A program made the position numbers and the translations under genes. Positions 1 to 12,601 of a DNA stretch of 64,000 nt are shown piece after piece. This DNA comes from an uncultured delta proteobacterium (GTDB lineage: Bacteria > Myxococcota_A > UBA9160 > SZUA-336). The stretch's first letter is position 1; every line of letters begins with the position of its first letter. The stretch spans positions 448,001 to 512,000 of the forward strand of contig CAVPHD010000004.1 in assembly GCA_963704165.1 (NCBI GenBank), given 5' to 3'. The notes beneath the pieces were generated by a model that saw nothing but the letters and a program-made list of their open reading frames with translations, had not been told where the DNA came from and did no database searches.

Positions 1-1
1 C

Positions 2-331
2 GCCGTCGGGCTCGGCGGCGCCGTCGTGCGCAGCGAGGACGGCGGCGCGAGCTGGACGCGCGTGAAGCTGCCCTTCAAGCAGGATCTCTTCGGAGTGGGC
101 GGCTTCGGCGCGCGCATCCTGATCTCGGGGGAGGGTGGCTTTCTCGCGCTCTCCGAGGACGCGGGCCGAACCTTCCGTGCGATCGACGCGTCGATCCCGC
201 CGGTGACGCTCACCGACGTCGAGTTCGCGGACGCGAAGCACGCTTACGCGGTCGGGTCGCGCGGGCTCGTGCTGCGCTCGGACGACGGCGGCGCGAGCTT
301 CGGGGTCGCGCGCGGTGGAGGCGGGTCGTGA
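2..331 (+). CDS. YCF48/BNR-repeat (Asp-box) beta-propeller protein, C-terminal part (5' end outside window)
   Basis: Repeated Asp-box motifs RSEDGGASW, LSEDAGRTF and RSDDGGASF. The open frame runs off the left edge. The stop overlaps the next gene (GTGA). Confidence 0.8.
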   Translation, partial: AVGLGGAVVRSEDGGASWTRVKLPFKQDLFGVGGFGARILISGEGGFLALSEDAGRTFRAIDASIPPVTLTDVEFADAKHAYAVGSRGLVLRSDDGGASFGVARGGGGS

Positions 332-3060
332 GCGCCGCCGAGCGATTCTCGAGGTTCTTCGCACGGCGGCGACACTGGTTCGCGGTCGCGATCGTGATCA
401 TCACGGGGTTTTTCGCCGTGCAGATGCGGCACCTCGAGATCTTCACGCAGTACCTCGATCTGCTCCCGCGCGACCATCCGTTCATCCGCACCTACGAGAC
501 GTACCGCGACGTCTACGGCAACGCGAACACGGTCGTCGCCGCCGTCGTCGCGCTCGAAGGCGACATCTACCGGCCCGAGATCCTCCGCGCGGTCGCGAAG
601 CTCACCGAGCGGATGGACTCGTCGGTCGTCGATGCCGAAGTGAACGCGAAGCCCACCAGTGCATCGGTCGAGCCGCGCGGGGCGGTCGAGACGACGGTAC
701 ACGCGCTCGTGTCCCTGGTCGATCGGGTCCTGCGCACGTCGAGCGCCGAACCGGCCGAGACCGGCGTCGATCACAATCTGGTCACGAGCCTCACGCATCG
801 CTCGGCGCGCGACTCCCGGGTGCGGCTCGACGGGACGCTCGACTCGCCGCAGCTCGTCGACGAGATCCCGACCGAGATCGAGGAACTCGACGCGCTCCGC
901 GAGCGCGTGCGGCGCAACCCCTCGGTCTACGGCGTGCTCGTCGCCACGGACGAGAAGGCTGCGCTCGTGCGCGCGAGCTTCGTCGAGACCCGGCTCGACT
1001 ACGGGGCGCTCTTCAAGCACATGCAGGCTTCGAAGCGCCAGATCGAGGCCGAGTTCCCGGTCCGGGTCCACATGACGGGACAGCCGCTGCTCTTCGGCTG
1101 GACGTACGCGTTCGCGACCGAGATCCTGCTGATCTTCGCGCTGACGCTGATCGTCTCGGTGCTCCTGCTCTGGGCCTATTTCCGGCGCATCTACGGCGTC
1201 TTCCTGCCGATGTCGGGCGCGGCGGTGAACGTGGTCTGGGGACTCGGCTTCGCCGCCTGGGCCGGATACAACCTCGACCCGCTCGTTCTCGTCATACCAA
1301 TGCTGATCACCTCGCGCGCGATCAGTCACTCGGTGCAGTTCGTCGAGCGCTTCTACGAGGAGTACGAGGAGCTCGGCGACAAGGACGAGGCGTGCATTCG
1401 ATCGATGGCGGAGCTGCTCCTGCCGGGCACGCTCGGCATTCTCACCGACTGCATCGGTCTCCTGACGATCGCGCTCGCGACGATTCCGATCATGCAGAAG
1501 CTCGGCCTCCTCTGTGCATTCTGGGCCGCGTCGATTCTCGCGACCGAGGTTCTGCTCAATCGGCTCCTGATCCTGTACCTGCCCGCGCCGCGCGAACGTC
1601 GGCACTACGTGCAGCCGCTGGCGGCGCGCATGCTCGGAGCGGCCGCACGGCTCGTCGGATCCCGCACGAGCGCGTTCGCCATCGTCGGCGTCTTCGCCGT
1701 GGTCACCGGCGTCTGTGCGGTGCTCGCGCGCGACGTACCCGTCGGCGAGCATCGCCCGGGCACGCCGATCCTCTATCCCGATTCCGAGTTCAACGTCGCC
1801 GCGCGCGAGATCGGTGCGCGATTCTCCGGACTCGACGACCTGCTCGTGGTCGCGCACTCGAACGTTCCGGGGCGGGTGTACAGCCCGGATTCCTTCAAGC
1901 TGATCGAATCCCTCCAACGCGCGCTCGAGACCGACGAGAACGCGGGCGGGAGCATCTCGCTCGTCGATCTGCAGAAGCAGACGAGCCGCCTCTTCCACAA
2001 CAACGACCCGCGCTTCGCGATGTGGATGCAGACGACCTCGGAGATCTCCGGAATCTCCTATCTGATGGAGACGAGCGTACCCGCTCCGGGCCTTCTCGAT
2101 CCGTACCGGTCGCGCGACGCGCGATCTCTCGCGGTTCGCGTCTTCTATCGAGACCACCGCACGCCCACGGTGGAAGACGCGATCGAACGCCTCGAGCGCT
2201 TCGCCGGCGACGTTCGCCTCGACGGCAGCCTCGCGATCCGGCTGCGTCCCGGAGATCCGGGTTGGCTTCACGCGCTCGACTGGATCGCGCCCATCTTGCC
2301 GCCGGTCGAGCCGAAGCTCGAAGTGACGCTCGCGGGCTCGGCCCCGCAGGCCGTCGACGGTCGACGCTGGCAGGGCCCCGACGGACTCGAGGCCGAGGTG
2401 CGACGTTCCGGCTGGCGCTCGCCCTGGGAGCTCTGGGTCCGCGCCGGCCCGAGTGCCGAGTTCGAGCCGCAGCCGGGGGGCACGTGGCTTCGCGATGGCG
2501 TCGAGCTGCGCTACGCGGCGGGCTCGATCGGGGTGCTCGCCTCGTCGATCGACGAGATCCGCGCCTCGAGCGACGTCAGCATCGCGATCGTCTTCGTCAC
2601 GACGTTCCTGGTGGTGCTGGCGAGCTACCGCTCGCTCGCGATCGCCTTGCTTCTCGTCAGCTCGCTCGCGACGGCGTCGCTCGCCGCGCTGGCGGTGCAG
2701 GCCGTCACGGGCATCGCGATCGACGTGAACACGCTTCCGGTTCAGGCGATCGGCGTCGGGGTCGGGATCGACTACGCCCTGTATCTGGTCGATCGCGTCC
2801 TGCAGGAACGCCCGCGCTTCGCGACGCGGATCGAAGCCGTCCAGCACGCGATCCGCACCACCGGGCTCGCCATCGGCTTCACCGCATCGACCCTGCTCGT
2901 GGGGATCGTCTTCTGGATTCCGATTTCGAGCCTCCGCTTCTCGGCCGAGATGAGCCTTCTGCTCTCGATCCTGATGGGTGTGAATGCGCTCGCGGCCATC
3001 CTGCTGGTGCCGGCGCTGATCGTGCTGCTGCCCGAACGCTGGGCGGGCCGGCTCGCCTAG
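328..3060 (+). CDS. MMPL/RND family transporter (lipid/hydrophobic compound exporter type)
   Basis: 910 aa with two repeats of one TM helix, a periplasmic domain and a five-TM bundle. Motifs include GVGVGIDYALY and AIRTTGLAIGFTASTL. Adjacent to a YCF48-like gene. Confidence 0.85.
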   Translation: MSAAERFSRFFARRRHWFAVAIVIITGFFAVQMRHLEIFTQYLDLLPRDHPFIRTYETYRDVYGNANTVVAAVVALEGDIYRPEILRAVAKLTERMDSSVVDAEVNAKPTSASVEPRGAVETTVHALVSLVDRVLRTSSAEPAETGVDHNLVTSLTHRSARDSRVRLDGTLDSPQLVDEIPTEIEELDALRERVRRNPSVYGVLVATDEKAALVRASFVETRLDYGALFKHMQASKRQIEAEFPVRVHMTGQPLLFGWTYAFATEILLIFALTLIVSVLLLWAYFRRIYGVFLPMSGAAVNVVWGLGFAAWAGYNLDPLVLVIPMLITSRAISHSVQFVERFYEEYEELGDKDEACIRSMAELLLPGTLGILTDCIGLLTIALATIPIMQKLGLLCAFWAASILATEVLLNRLLILYLPAPRERRHYVQPLAARMLGAAARLVGSRTSAFAIVGVFAVVTGVCAVLARDVPVGEHRPGTPILYPDSEFNVAAREIGARFSGLDDLLVVAHSNVPGRVYSPDSFKLIESLQRALETDENAGGSISLVDLQKQTSRLFHNNDPRFAMWMQTTSEISGISYLMETSVPAPGLLDPYRSRDARSLAVRVFYRDHRTPTVEDAIERLERFAGDVRLDGSLAIRLRPGDPGWLHALDWIAPILPPVEPKLEVTLAGSAPQAVDGRRWQGPDGLEAEVRRSGWRSPWELWVRAGPSAEFEPQPGGTWLRDGVELRYAAGSIGVLASSIDEIRASSDVSIAIVFVTTFLVVLASYRSLAIALLLVSSLATASLAALAVQAVTGIAIDVNTLPVQAIGVGVGIDYALYLVDRVLQERPRFATRIEAVQHAIRTTGLAIGFTASTLLVGIVFWIPISSLRFSAEMSLLLSILMGVNALAAILLVPALIVLLPERWAGRLA

Positions 3061-3109
3061 GCCGCCCGGTCGCTTTCCATTCCCGTTAGAATCGCCGTCA
3101 GGAGAGTCG

Positions 3110-4696
3110 ATGAACGATCCGGACGGGCGCACGACGTTGCGAGCGGAAGAGGCGGCAGCACACGGGATGACGATCGCGGTGGCGGCTCGCGAAGCGCCCG
3201 ATCGCATGGCCATCCTCTCGGATGCGGGATCGCTGACGTTCGGCGAGCTCAACGCGCGCGCGAACCAGCTCGTGCGCGCGCTCGCGCGGCGCGGGGTCGG
3301 CAAGTCCGATGCGGTCGCACTGCTCTGCTCGAACCGGCCCGAGTTCGCGGTCGCCTACGCGGCCGCGCTCCGCGGCGGACTGCGGCTCACCTGCATCAAC
3401 TGGCACCTGCAGCGCGACGAGATCGCCTACATCGTCGAGAACTGCGAGGCCCGCGCGTTCCTCGCGGACGCGCGATTCGCCGAGACGGCCGCCGACGTCG
3501 CGCAGGGTGCGTCGAAGGCATCGATCCGGCTCGCGATCGCCGGTCCGATCGAGGGCTTCGAGAGCTTCGACGCCGCACTCGCAGCGGAGAGCACGGCCGA
3601 CGTCGAGGCGCCCGTGCTCGGCGGCACGATGCTCTACACCTCGGGAACCACCGGCCGACCCAAGGGCGTGTACCGCCGTCAGGCTCCGCCCGTGACCGGG
3701 CTCGGGCGAGCCATCGCGCAGGTCGCGAAGTACCGACCCGACACCGACCGGATGCTGTGCACCGGGCCGCTCTACCACGCAGCGCCGCTCGCGTTCAATC
3801 TCGCCGCGCCTCTCGCGGCGAGCATCGGAACAGTGCTCATGGACCGCTGGGACGCGGCCACCGCGCTGCGCCTGATCGAGCAGCACCGCGTCACGCACAC
3901 GCACATGGTCGCGACCATGTTCCATCGCTTGCTCTCGCTGCCCGACGACGTGAAGGCACGACACGACGTGTCCTCGCTTCGCGTGCTCCTGCACGGCGCG
4001 GCGCCGACGCCCGTGCACGTGAAGAAGTCGCTGATCGATTGGCTCGGGCCGATCGTCTACGAGTACTACGCCGCCACCGAGGGCGGCGGCACGTTCATCT
4101 CGAGCGAGGAGTGGCTCGCACGTCCGGGTTCGGTCGGTCGGCCCGCCGACGAGGGAAATCTCTCGGTGCGCGACGACGAAGGCCGGGAGGTTTCCGCCGG
4201 CAGCGTCGGAACGATCTGGTTTCGGGCGCCCGCGGTCGGACGCTTCGAGTACTTCGGCGACGAGAAGAAGACGCAGTCGAGCTACGACGGTGACTGGTTC
4301 ACGATGCGCGACATGGGTTACCAGGACGCGGAGGGCTACGTCTTCCTGACGGGCCGCACATCGGAGCTGATCATCTCGGGCGGCGTCAACATCTACCCGG
4401 CCGAGATCGATGCCGTGCTGCTGATGCATCCCGCGGTGGCCGACGCCGCGGCGGTCGGGGTCCCGAACGAGGAGTTCGGCGAAGAGGTCCGCGCCGTCGT
4501 TCAGCTCACCTCCGGCGCCGCGCCGAGCGAGGCGCTCGCGCTCGAGCTGATGGAACACTGTCGTGCGAGGCTCGCGCACTTCAAGTGCCCCCGCGGCGTC
4601 GATTTCGATCCGTCGCTGCCGCGCTCCGAGGCGGGAAAGGTACAGCGCCGCACCATCCGGGAGCGCTACTGGCAGGGCCTCGGGAGGCAGATCTAG
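3110..4696 (+). CDS. Acyl-CoA synthetase / AMP-binding enzyme
   Basis: YTSGTTGRPKG, YYAATEGG, GRTSELIISGGVNIYPAEI and LPRSEAGK motifs. SD GGAGAG upstream. Confidence 0.92.
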   Translation: MNDPDGRTTLRAEEAAAHGMTIAVAAREAPDRMAILSDAGSLTFGELNARANQLVRALARRGVGKSDAVALLCSNRPEFAVAYAAALRGGLRLTCINWHLQRDEIAYIVENCEARAFLADARFAETAADVAQGASKASIRLAIAGPIEGFESFDAALAAESTADVEAPVLGGTMLYTSGTTGRPKGVYRRQAPPVTGLGRAIAQVAKYRPDTDRMLCTGPLYHAAPLAFNLAAPLAASIGTVLMDRWDAATALRLIEQHRVTHTHMVATMFHRLLSLPDDVKARHDVSSLRVLLHGAAPTPVHVKKSLIDWLGPIVYEYYAATEGGGTFISSEEWLARPGSVGRPADEGNLSVRDDEGREVSAGSVGTIWFRAPAVGRFEYFGDEKKTQSSYDGDWFTMRDMGYQDAEGYVFLTGRTSELIISGGVNIYPAEIDAVLLMHPAVADAAAVGVPNEEFGEEVRAVVQLTSGAAPSEALALELMEHCRARLAHFKCPRGVDFDPSLPRSEAGKVQRRTIRERYWQGLGRQI

Positions 4697-6050
4697 ATGG
4701 GGGCGACGACCGCGATCCGCCGCGCGCTGCTGACCGTGCTCGCGCTCGTTCCGTTCGTCGGGCGCGCCGCGGACCTGCCGCCCGGGCGCTGGACGATCGT
4801 GCAGTGCGGCTCCGTGCTGCTCGTCCCCGGAGAGCCGGCGCGAACTGCGACGACGCTCGTGATCCACGACGGGAAGATCGTCGAGATCCTGCCGGGGATC
4901 GTCGGCGCCGATGCGATCATGTCGGGCAAGACCGGCACACCCGAGGTGCTGGATCTCGGCGACGCCTTCGTGATGCCGGGGCTGATCGACGCGCACGTGC
5001 ACCTCACGTTCGAGTTCGACGCCGACACCCGCGTGCGCCGCGTGACCGAGGACGAAGCCACGGCCGCGCTACGCGGTTCGGTGTACGCCCGCAAGACGCT
5101 CGAAGCGGGGTTCACGTCGGTGCGGGACCTGGGCGGCGGGCCGGCGGTCTTCGCGCTGCGCGACGCGATCGCCTCGGGCCGGATTCCCGGGCCGCGAATG
5201 GTCGTGGCGGGCTACGCGATCTCGCCCACCGGCGGGCACGGGGACCGGACCAACGGCTACCGCGAAGACCTCTTCGACGAGCCCGGAGCGTATCTCGGCA
5301 TCGCGGACGGTCCGTTCGAGGCGCGAAAGGCGGTCCGCGCGCAGGTCAAGCGCGGCGCCGACCTGATCAAGCTGACCGCGACCGGCGGCGTGCTCTCCAA
5401 CACGAGCGCGGGCACGGAGGTGCAGTTCAAGGACGACGAGCTCGTCCGAGATCGTCAGCACGGCGCACATGCTCGGCCGCAAGGTCGCGGCCCACGCTCA
5501 CGGGACCAACGGCGTGAACGCCGCCCTGCGAGCCGGGGTCGACTCGATCGACCACGGGACGTTTCTCGACGCCACGTCGATCGATCTCTTCAAGAAGACG
5601 GGCGCCTGGTACGTGCCGACGGTGACGGCGGGCAAGACCGTCGCGGAGCGCGTGAAGCTGCCCGGGTTCTATCCGCCCGCCGTCGCGGAGAAGGCGCGAC
5701 TCGTCGGCCCGCAGGTCCAGGACGCGCTTCGCCGTGCCCACCAGGGTGGGGTCAAGATCGCATTCGGCACCGATGCGGGCGTGTTCCCGCACGGCGAGAA
5801 CGCGCGCGAGTTCGGCTACATGGTCGAGGCCGGTCTCACGCCGATGGATGTGCTGCGCGCGGCGACGGTCGGATCGGCGAGCCTGCTCGGCATCGAGTCC
5901 GAGGTCGGCACGCTCGAGGTCGGTAAGCAGGCCGACCTGATCGCGACGCGGCGCACCGCCCTCGTCGACGTCACCGAGCTTCTGCGCCCGGTCTTCGTGA
6001 TGCGCAACGGCATCGTCTACAAGCGCAAGTCGGGCGGGGGCGGGACGTGA
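4697..6050 (+). CDS. Metal-dependent amidohydrolase (Xaa-Pro dipeptidase-like) with signal peptide; +1 frameshift near 5446, probably a sequence error
   Basis: [11 protein letters not shown] and GADLIK in the first frame; [20 protein letters not shown] and GKQADLI in the second. Removing one C in ctcgtccgag joins the frames. Confidence 0.85.
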
Positions 6051-6670
6051 TCGTCGCGTGTCTCGATCTCGAGGGCGTGCTGGTGCCCGAAATCTGGATC
6101 AACGTCGCCGAGCGCACCGGCATCGCCGAGCTGCGCCGAACGACGCGCGACGAGCCGGACTACGACAAGCTGATGCGGGCGAGGCTCGAGATCCTCGACC
6201 GGCATCGGCTCGGACTCCGCGAGATCCAGGAGGTGATCGCGACGCTCGAGCCGTTGCCGGGCGCGCCCGACTTCCTGAATCGTCTGCGCGAGCGCCATCA
6301 GGTGCTGATCCTCTCCGACACCTTCTACGATTTCGCGAAGCCCCTGATGCGAAAGCTCGGCTTCCCGACGCTGTTCGCGCACGACCTCGTCGTGGAGACG
6401 TCCGGTCGCATCTCCGGCTACCGGCTGCGCATGCCCGACCAGAAGCGCCAGAGCGTCGAACATCTTCGCGCGCTCGCCTTCCACGTGATCGCCGCGGGCG
6501 ACAGCTACAACGACACGACCATGCTCTCGGCCGCGCACGCGGGCATCCTGTTCCGCCCACCGGCGAACGTGATCGCGGAGTTCCCGCAGTTCCCGGTCAC
6601 GCGCGAGTACGCCGAGCTCGAGCGCGCCTTCGAAGACGCGGCTCGTCTCGTTGCGACGCCCGCGACGTAG
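6047..6670 (+). CDS. thrH: Bifunctional phosphoserine phosphatase / homoserine phosphotransferase (HAD family)
   Basis: [32 protein letters not shown] and [12 protein letters not shown] are ThrH signatures. Confidence 0.93.
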   Translation: MIVACLDLEGVLVPEIWINVAERTGIAELRRTTRDEPDYDKLMRARLEILDRHRLGLREIQEVIATLEPLPGAPDFLNRLRERHQVLILSDTFYDFAKPLMRKLGFPTLFAHDLVVETSGRISGYRLRMPDQKRQSVEHLRALAFHVIAAGDSYNDTTMLSAAHAGILFRPPANVIAEFPQFPVTREYAELERAFEDAARLVATPAT

Positions 6671-6704
6671 CGCCTATACTGCGCCGCGCCGAGGAGGATC
6701 CCCG

Positions 6705-7954
6705 ATGTCCGACGCCCCGCTGGTACGCCAGCCTGGCTCCCTGATTCGCAAGCGCCGCGACGGAACACTCGAGGTTCCCGACAACCCGACGATCGCCTAC
6801 GTCGAGGGTGACGGCACGGGCCGTGACATCTGGAAGGCCTCGGTTCGGGTCTTCGACGCGGCCGTGGCGAAGGCGTATCGCCGGCCGACGCAAGATCGGC
6901 TGGCACGAGATGCTCGCCGGACAGAAGGCCTACGACCGGACGAAGAACTGGCTCCCCGACGAGACGGTCGAGACGTTTCGCGAAGTGCCTGGTCGGGATC
7001 AAGGGTCCGCTCACGACGCCGATCGGCGGTGGCATCCGCAGCCTGAACGTCGCCCTGCGCCAGATGCTCGACCTGTACGTCTGCCTGCGGCCGGTGCGCT
7101 GGTACGAGGGTGTGCCGAGCCCGGTCAAGCATCCCGAGCTCGTCGACATGGTCATCTTCCGCGAGAACACCGAGGACATCTACGCCGGCGTCGAGTGGCG
7201 AGCGGGCTCGGCGGACGCGAAGAAGCTGATCGCGTTCCTGCAGAAGAAGATGGGCGTCAAGGAAATCCGCTTCCCGGCGACGAGCGGCATCGGCATCAAG
7301 CCGATCTCACGTCAGGGCACGGAGCGTCTCGTGCGCGCGGCTCTCGACTACGCGATCGAGCACAAGCGCAAGTCGGTGACGCTGGTGCACAAGGGCAACA
7401 TCATGAAGTTCACCGAAGGCGCGTTCCGGGACTGGGGCTACAAGCTGGTCAAGAAGGAATACGCCGGGCGTGCGATCGGCTGGGACGACTGCGACGGCAA
7501 GCCGCCGAGCGGCCAGGTGCTGGTGAAGGACTCGATCGCCGACATCACGCTGCAGCAGGTGCTCACCCGCCCCGACGAGTTCGACGTGATCGCCACGATG
7601 AACTTGAACGGCGACTACCTGTCGGACGCGCTCGCGGCGCAGGTCGGCGGCATCGGAATCGCGCCGGGCGCGAACATCAACTACAAGACCGGGCACGGCA
7701 TCTTCGAGGCCACGCACGGAACGGCGCCGAAGTACGCCGACCAGGACAAGGTGAATCCGAGCTCCGTGATCCTCTCCGGCGTCATGATGCTCGATCACAT
7801 CGGCTGGGGCGCCGCCGCGCGGCTGATCGACCGTGGCATCTCGCGCGCGATCACGCAGAAGCGAGTGACCTACGATTTCCACCGCCTGATGGATGGCGCC
7901 AAGCTCCTGAAGTGCTCGGAGTTCGGCGACGCCATCATCGAGAACATGGAGTGA
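6705..7954 (+). CDS. icd: NADP-dependent isocitrate dehydrogenase; apparent frameshifts near 6878 and 6984
   Basis: [32 protein letters not shown] (across frames), [26 protein letters not shown] and [21 protein letters not shown] before the ATG at 6705. Confidence 0.93.
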
Positions 7955-7958
7955 GCGC

Positions 7959-8890
7959 GTGAAGCGACCGAAGATCTCTCTCGATCGGCGCCGGAAACAT
8001 CGGCGGCGTGCAGGCCCAGCTGATCGCGCAGCGGCAGCTCGGCGACGTGGTGCTGCTCGACGTCGTCGAAGGTGTCCCGCAGGGCAAGGTGCTCGACATC
8101 GACCACGCGCTCGACGGTTGGGGCTCGAACGTCCGCGTCGTCGGTACGAACGACTACAAGGACACGGCCGGATCCGATCTGTACATCGTCACGGCCGGGC
8201 ATCGCGCGCAAGCCCGGCATGTCGCGCGACGATCTGCTGAACACGAACCTCGGGATCATCAAGAGCGTCGCGAAGGGCATCAAGGACAACTCGCCCGACG
8301 CCATCGTGATCGTCGTCAGCAATCCGCTCGACGCGATGGTCTACGCGATGAAGGAGCTGACGGGCTTTCCGAAGCAGCGCGTCGTCGGCATGGCGGGGGT
8401 GCTCGACTCGGCACGTTTCCGCTTCTTCGTCGCGCAGGAGCTCGGCGTGGCGGTACAGGACGTGGTCGCGCTCGTGCTCGGCGGCCACGGAGACACGATG
8501 GTGCCGCTGCCGCGCCTCTCGAGCGTGAACGGCATTCCGCTGCAGTCGCTGCTCTCGAAGGAGAAGCTCGCGGCGATCGTGAAGCGCGTGCAGGATGCGG
8601 GCGGCGAGATCGTCGGTCTGCTCAAGACCGGCTCCGCGTTCGTGTCGCCCGCGGCCGCGTCGGTGACGATGGCCGAGGCGATCCTTCGCGACCAGAAGCG
8701 CGTGCTCGCCTGCGCAGCGTACCTCGACGGCGAGTACGGCGCGCGCGGCATCTACATGGGCGTTCCGGTCCTGCTCGGGTCACGCGGCGTCGAGAAGATC
8801 TTCGAACTCGATCTTCTCCCCGACGAGAAGGCGGAGGTCGCGAAGTCGATCGACCACGTGAAGAAGCTCGTCGCCGACATCAAGCTCTGA
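7959..8890 (+). CDS. mdh: Malate dehydrogenase (LDH-like); apparent frameshifts near 7982 and 8197
   Basis: IGAGNIGG Rossmann motif, [31 protein letters not shown] and VLGGHGD. Confidence 0.92.
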
Positions 8891-8906
8891 GCGGAGAGAC
8901 CCCCCC

Positions 8907-10067
<1,161 letters not shown>

Positions 10068-10071
<4 letters not shown>

Positions 10072-10947
10072 GCATTCTGGTCGACAAGAAGACGAAGCTG
10101 ATCGTGCAGGGCATGGGCAAGACCGGTCAGCTCCACACGAATCTGTCGCTCGAGTTCGGAACGAACGTGGTCGGCGGCGTCACGCCGGGCCGCGGCGGCA
10201 CGGAGGCGTGCGGGCTCCCGGTCTGGAACACGGTGCGCGAGGCGGTGCGCGAGACCGGCGCAAACGCATCGGTCGTGTTCGTTCCCGCTTCGGGCGCCGC
10301 GGACGCGATCCTCGAGGCGGCCGACGCCGGCATCGAGCTGATCTGCGCGATCACCGAGGGCATTCCGGTGCGCGACATGTTGCGCGCGAAGGCGGCCCTG
10401 CGCGGGCTGGAAGGGACGGCTGATCGGCCCCAACTGCCCGGGACTGCTCGATCCGGGGCTGAAGATCCGCATCGGCATCGCGCCCTACTCGATCTTCAAG
10501 CCCGGCAGCGTCGGCGTGGTCTCGCGTTCGGGCACGCTGACCTACGAGGCCGTGCACCAGCTCTCGCAGCTCGGCATCGGGCAGTCGACGTGCGTCGGCA
10601 TCGGCGGCGATCCGATTCCCGGCACGAACTTCGTCGACGTGCTTGCGACTGTTCCAGAAGGACAAGGCGACGAAGGCGGTGGTGATGATCGGCGAGATCG
10701 GCGGCAGCGCCGAGGAAGAGGCCGCCGAGTTCGTCGCCGCCGAGATGACCAAGCCCGTGGTCGCGTTCATCGCCGGCGTGACCGCGCCGTCGGGGAAGCG
10801 CATGGGCCACGCGGGCGCGATCATCTCCGGCGGCAAGGGGACGGCCGAGGGAAGTCCAAGGCGCTCGAGAAGGCCGGCATTCCCGTCGTTCCCACTCCCG
10901 CGCTGATCGGCGAGACGCTGCGCCGTGCGGCGCGCGGCGTCCTGTAG
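10068..10947 (+). CDS. sucD: Succinyl-CoA synthetase alpha subunit; apparent frameshifts near 10407, 10645 and 10850
   Basis: [44 protein letters not shown] and the phospho-His motif RMGHAGAI. Confidence 0.92.
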
Positions 10948-11851
10948 ATGAGCCTGCTGGTCGTCGGATCCGTCGCGCTCGACGACATCGAGGCGCCGGC
11001 GGGCAGCGTGAAGTCCGTGCTCGGCGGGGCCGCCTCGTACTGCTCGGTCGCCTCGAGCTACTTCGTGCGGACCTCTGCGGTCGGTGTGACCGGCGACGAC
11101 TTCCCGCAGGAGCACCTCGACTTTCTCGCGTCTCGCGGGATCGATCTCGCGGGAGTGACGCGCGCGAAGGGCCGCACCTTCCGCTGGGGCGGGCGGCTAT
11201 CACGCCTCGCTCAATCAGCGCGACACGCTCTTCACCGAACTCGGCGTCTTCGAGCACTTCGATCCGGTGCTACCGCCCGCGCTATCTGGACTCGGAGTGG
11301 GTCTTTCTCGCCAACATCCATCCGACGCTCCAGCGCGACGTGCTCGAGCCAGGTCCGAGCGCCGGTCTTCTCCGCGATGGACACGATGAACTTCTGGATC
11401 GAGGGCGAGCGCAAGGAGCTCGAAGCGACGCTCGCGCGTGTCGCAGGCCTCGTGATCAACGACGAGGAGGCACGCCAGCTCACCGGCGTGCTCGAACCTG
11501 GTCGGCGCGGCCGACGCGATCCGAGCGCTCGGCCCCTCGACCGTGATCGTGAAGCGCGGCGAGCATGGCGCGCTGCTCTTCGACGAGGCGGGCGTCTTCG
11601 CCGCGCCGGCATTCCCGCTGCGCGAGGTACAAGATCCGACCGGCGCGGGCGACAGCTTCGCCGGCGGGTTCATGGGGGCGCTGGCCTCGGGCGGCTCGCT
11701 GGCTCCGGACGCCGTGCGACGGGCGGTGATCTACGGGTCCGTGCTCGCCTCGTTCTGCGTCGAGCGCTTCAGCCTCGATCGCTTCCGAACGCTCGCGCGC
11801 GCCGAGATCGACGAGCGCTTCGAGGAGTTTCGCAGGCTCACCCGGTTCTGA
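10948..11851 (+). CDS. PfkB/ribokinase-family sugar or nucleoside kinase; apparent frameshifts near 11197, 11280, 11348 and 11490
   Basis: MSLLVVGSVALD, LGGAASY, DTMNFWI, IVKRGEHGA and the PfkB signature DPTGAGDSFAGGFMG. Confidence 0.88.
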
Positions 11852-11941
11852 ACTCCGCAATCGGGCTGGCGCCATCTCGCCTGCGCAGCTCTGCTTCCCA
11901 GATCCATCAAGGGCGGCCGCTTTCCTCCCGATAGGCCTCTC

Positions 11942-12589
11942 ATGTTTTCGAAAGCGGACGGCCCGACGGCCTTGCGTTCCGATCTGATACACGCGCTCTC
12001 GTTCTCGCACGATCGGATCGAGCGAACTTCGGGTGTGTCGACGGTGTCCTCCCTGGCGGCCCTGGCCGGCGTCTGGAACGGCCGCAAGGGACACGTCGCG
12101 CTGATCGTGCGCGACATCGAACCCGCGGCGATCGAGCGCTACGTCGGCTCCGAGACGATCCTGAGCGAGGCCGAGCTCGATGCGGCGGTGGAAGAGGGAA
12201 TCGCGTTTGCCGAGGGCATGGGCTTCTCGATGGACGCTCCCGAGTTCCCGATGCTCTCCGCGGAGGCGCGCGAGCAGCGCATCTACCGCTGGAACAAGCT
12301 TCGCAAGCTGCGGCCGCCGGCTCCCGTCGAGCGAGACAGCGCACCGATCGCCCCTGCTTCGGACCTCGAGGCGGGCGATCCCTCGGAGGTGCCGACCGGT
12401 TACGAGATCGAGCTCGACGATCTCGACGTGCAGCGGCCGCGCGCCACCCCCGCACCGATGCCCGAACGCGGCCTCGAATCCGGCTCGCCCGCGTCGAGCG
12501 CCGTGCTCGGTCGGATCTCACTGGTTCGCAAGGGCGGCGCCGACGCGCGCCGCCTCGAGCTGATCGCTCGTTTGCTCGCGTCGTACTAG
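11942..12589 (+). CDS. Hypothetical protein resembling the conserved myxobacterial protein encoded upstream of tgl
   Basis: AFAEGMGFSMD core, a low-complexity Pro/acidic linker and a C-terminal RLLASY. It lies directly upstream of a TPR lipoprotein. The resemblance is from recollection, not a search. Confidence 0.55.
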   Translation: MFSKADGPTALRSDLIHALSFSHDRIERTSGVSTVSSLAALAGVWNGRKGHVALIVRDIEPAAIERYVGSETILSEAELDAAVEEGIAFAEGMGFSMDAPEFPMLSAEAREQRIYRWNKLRKLRPPAPVERDSAPIAPASDLEAGDPSEVPTGYEIELDDLDVQRPRATPAPMPERGLESGSPASSAVLGRISLVRKGGADARRLELIARLLASY

Positions 12590-12601
12590 GGGGAGGGCTT
12601 C

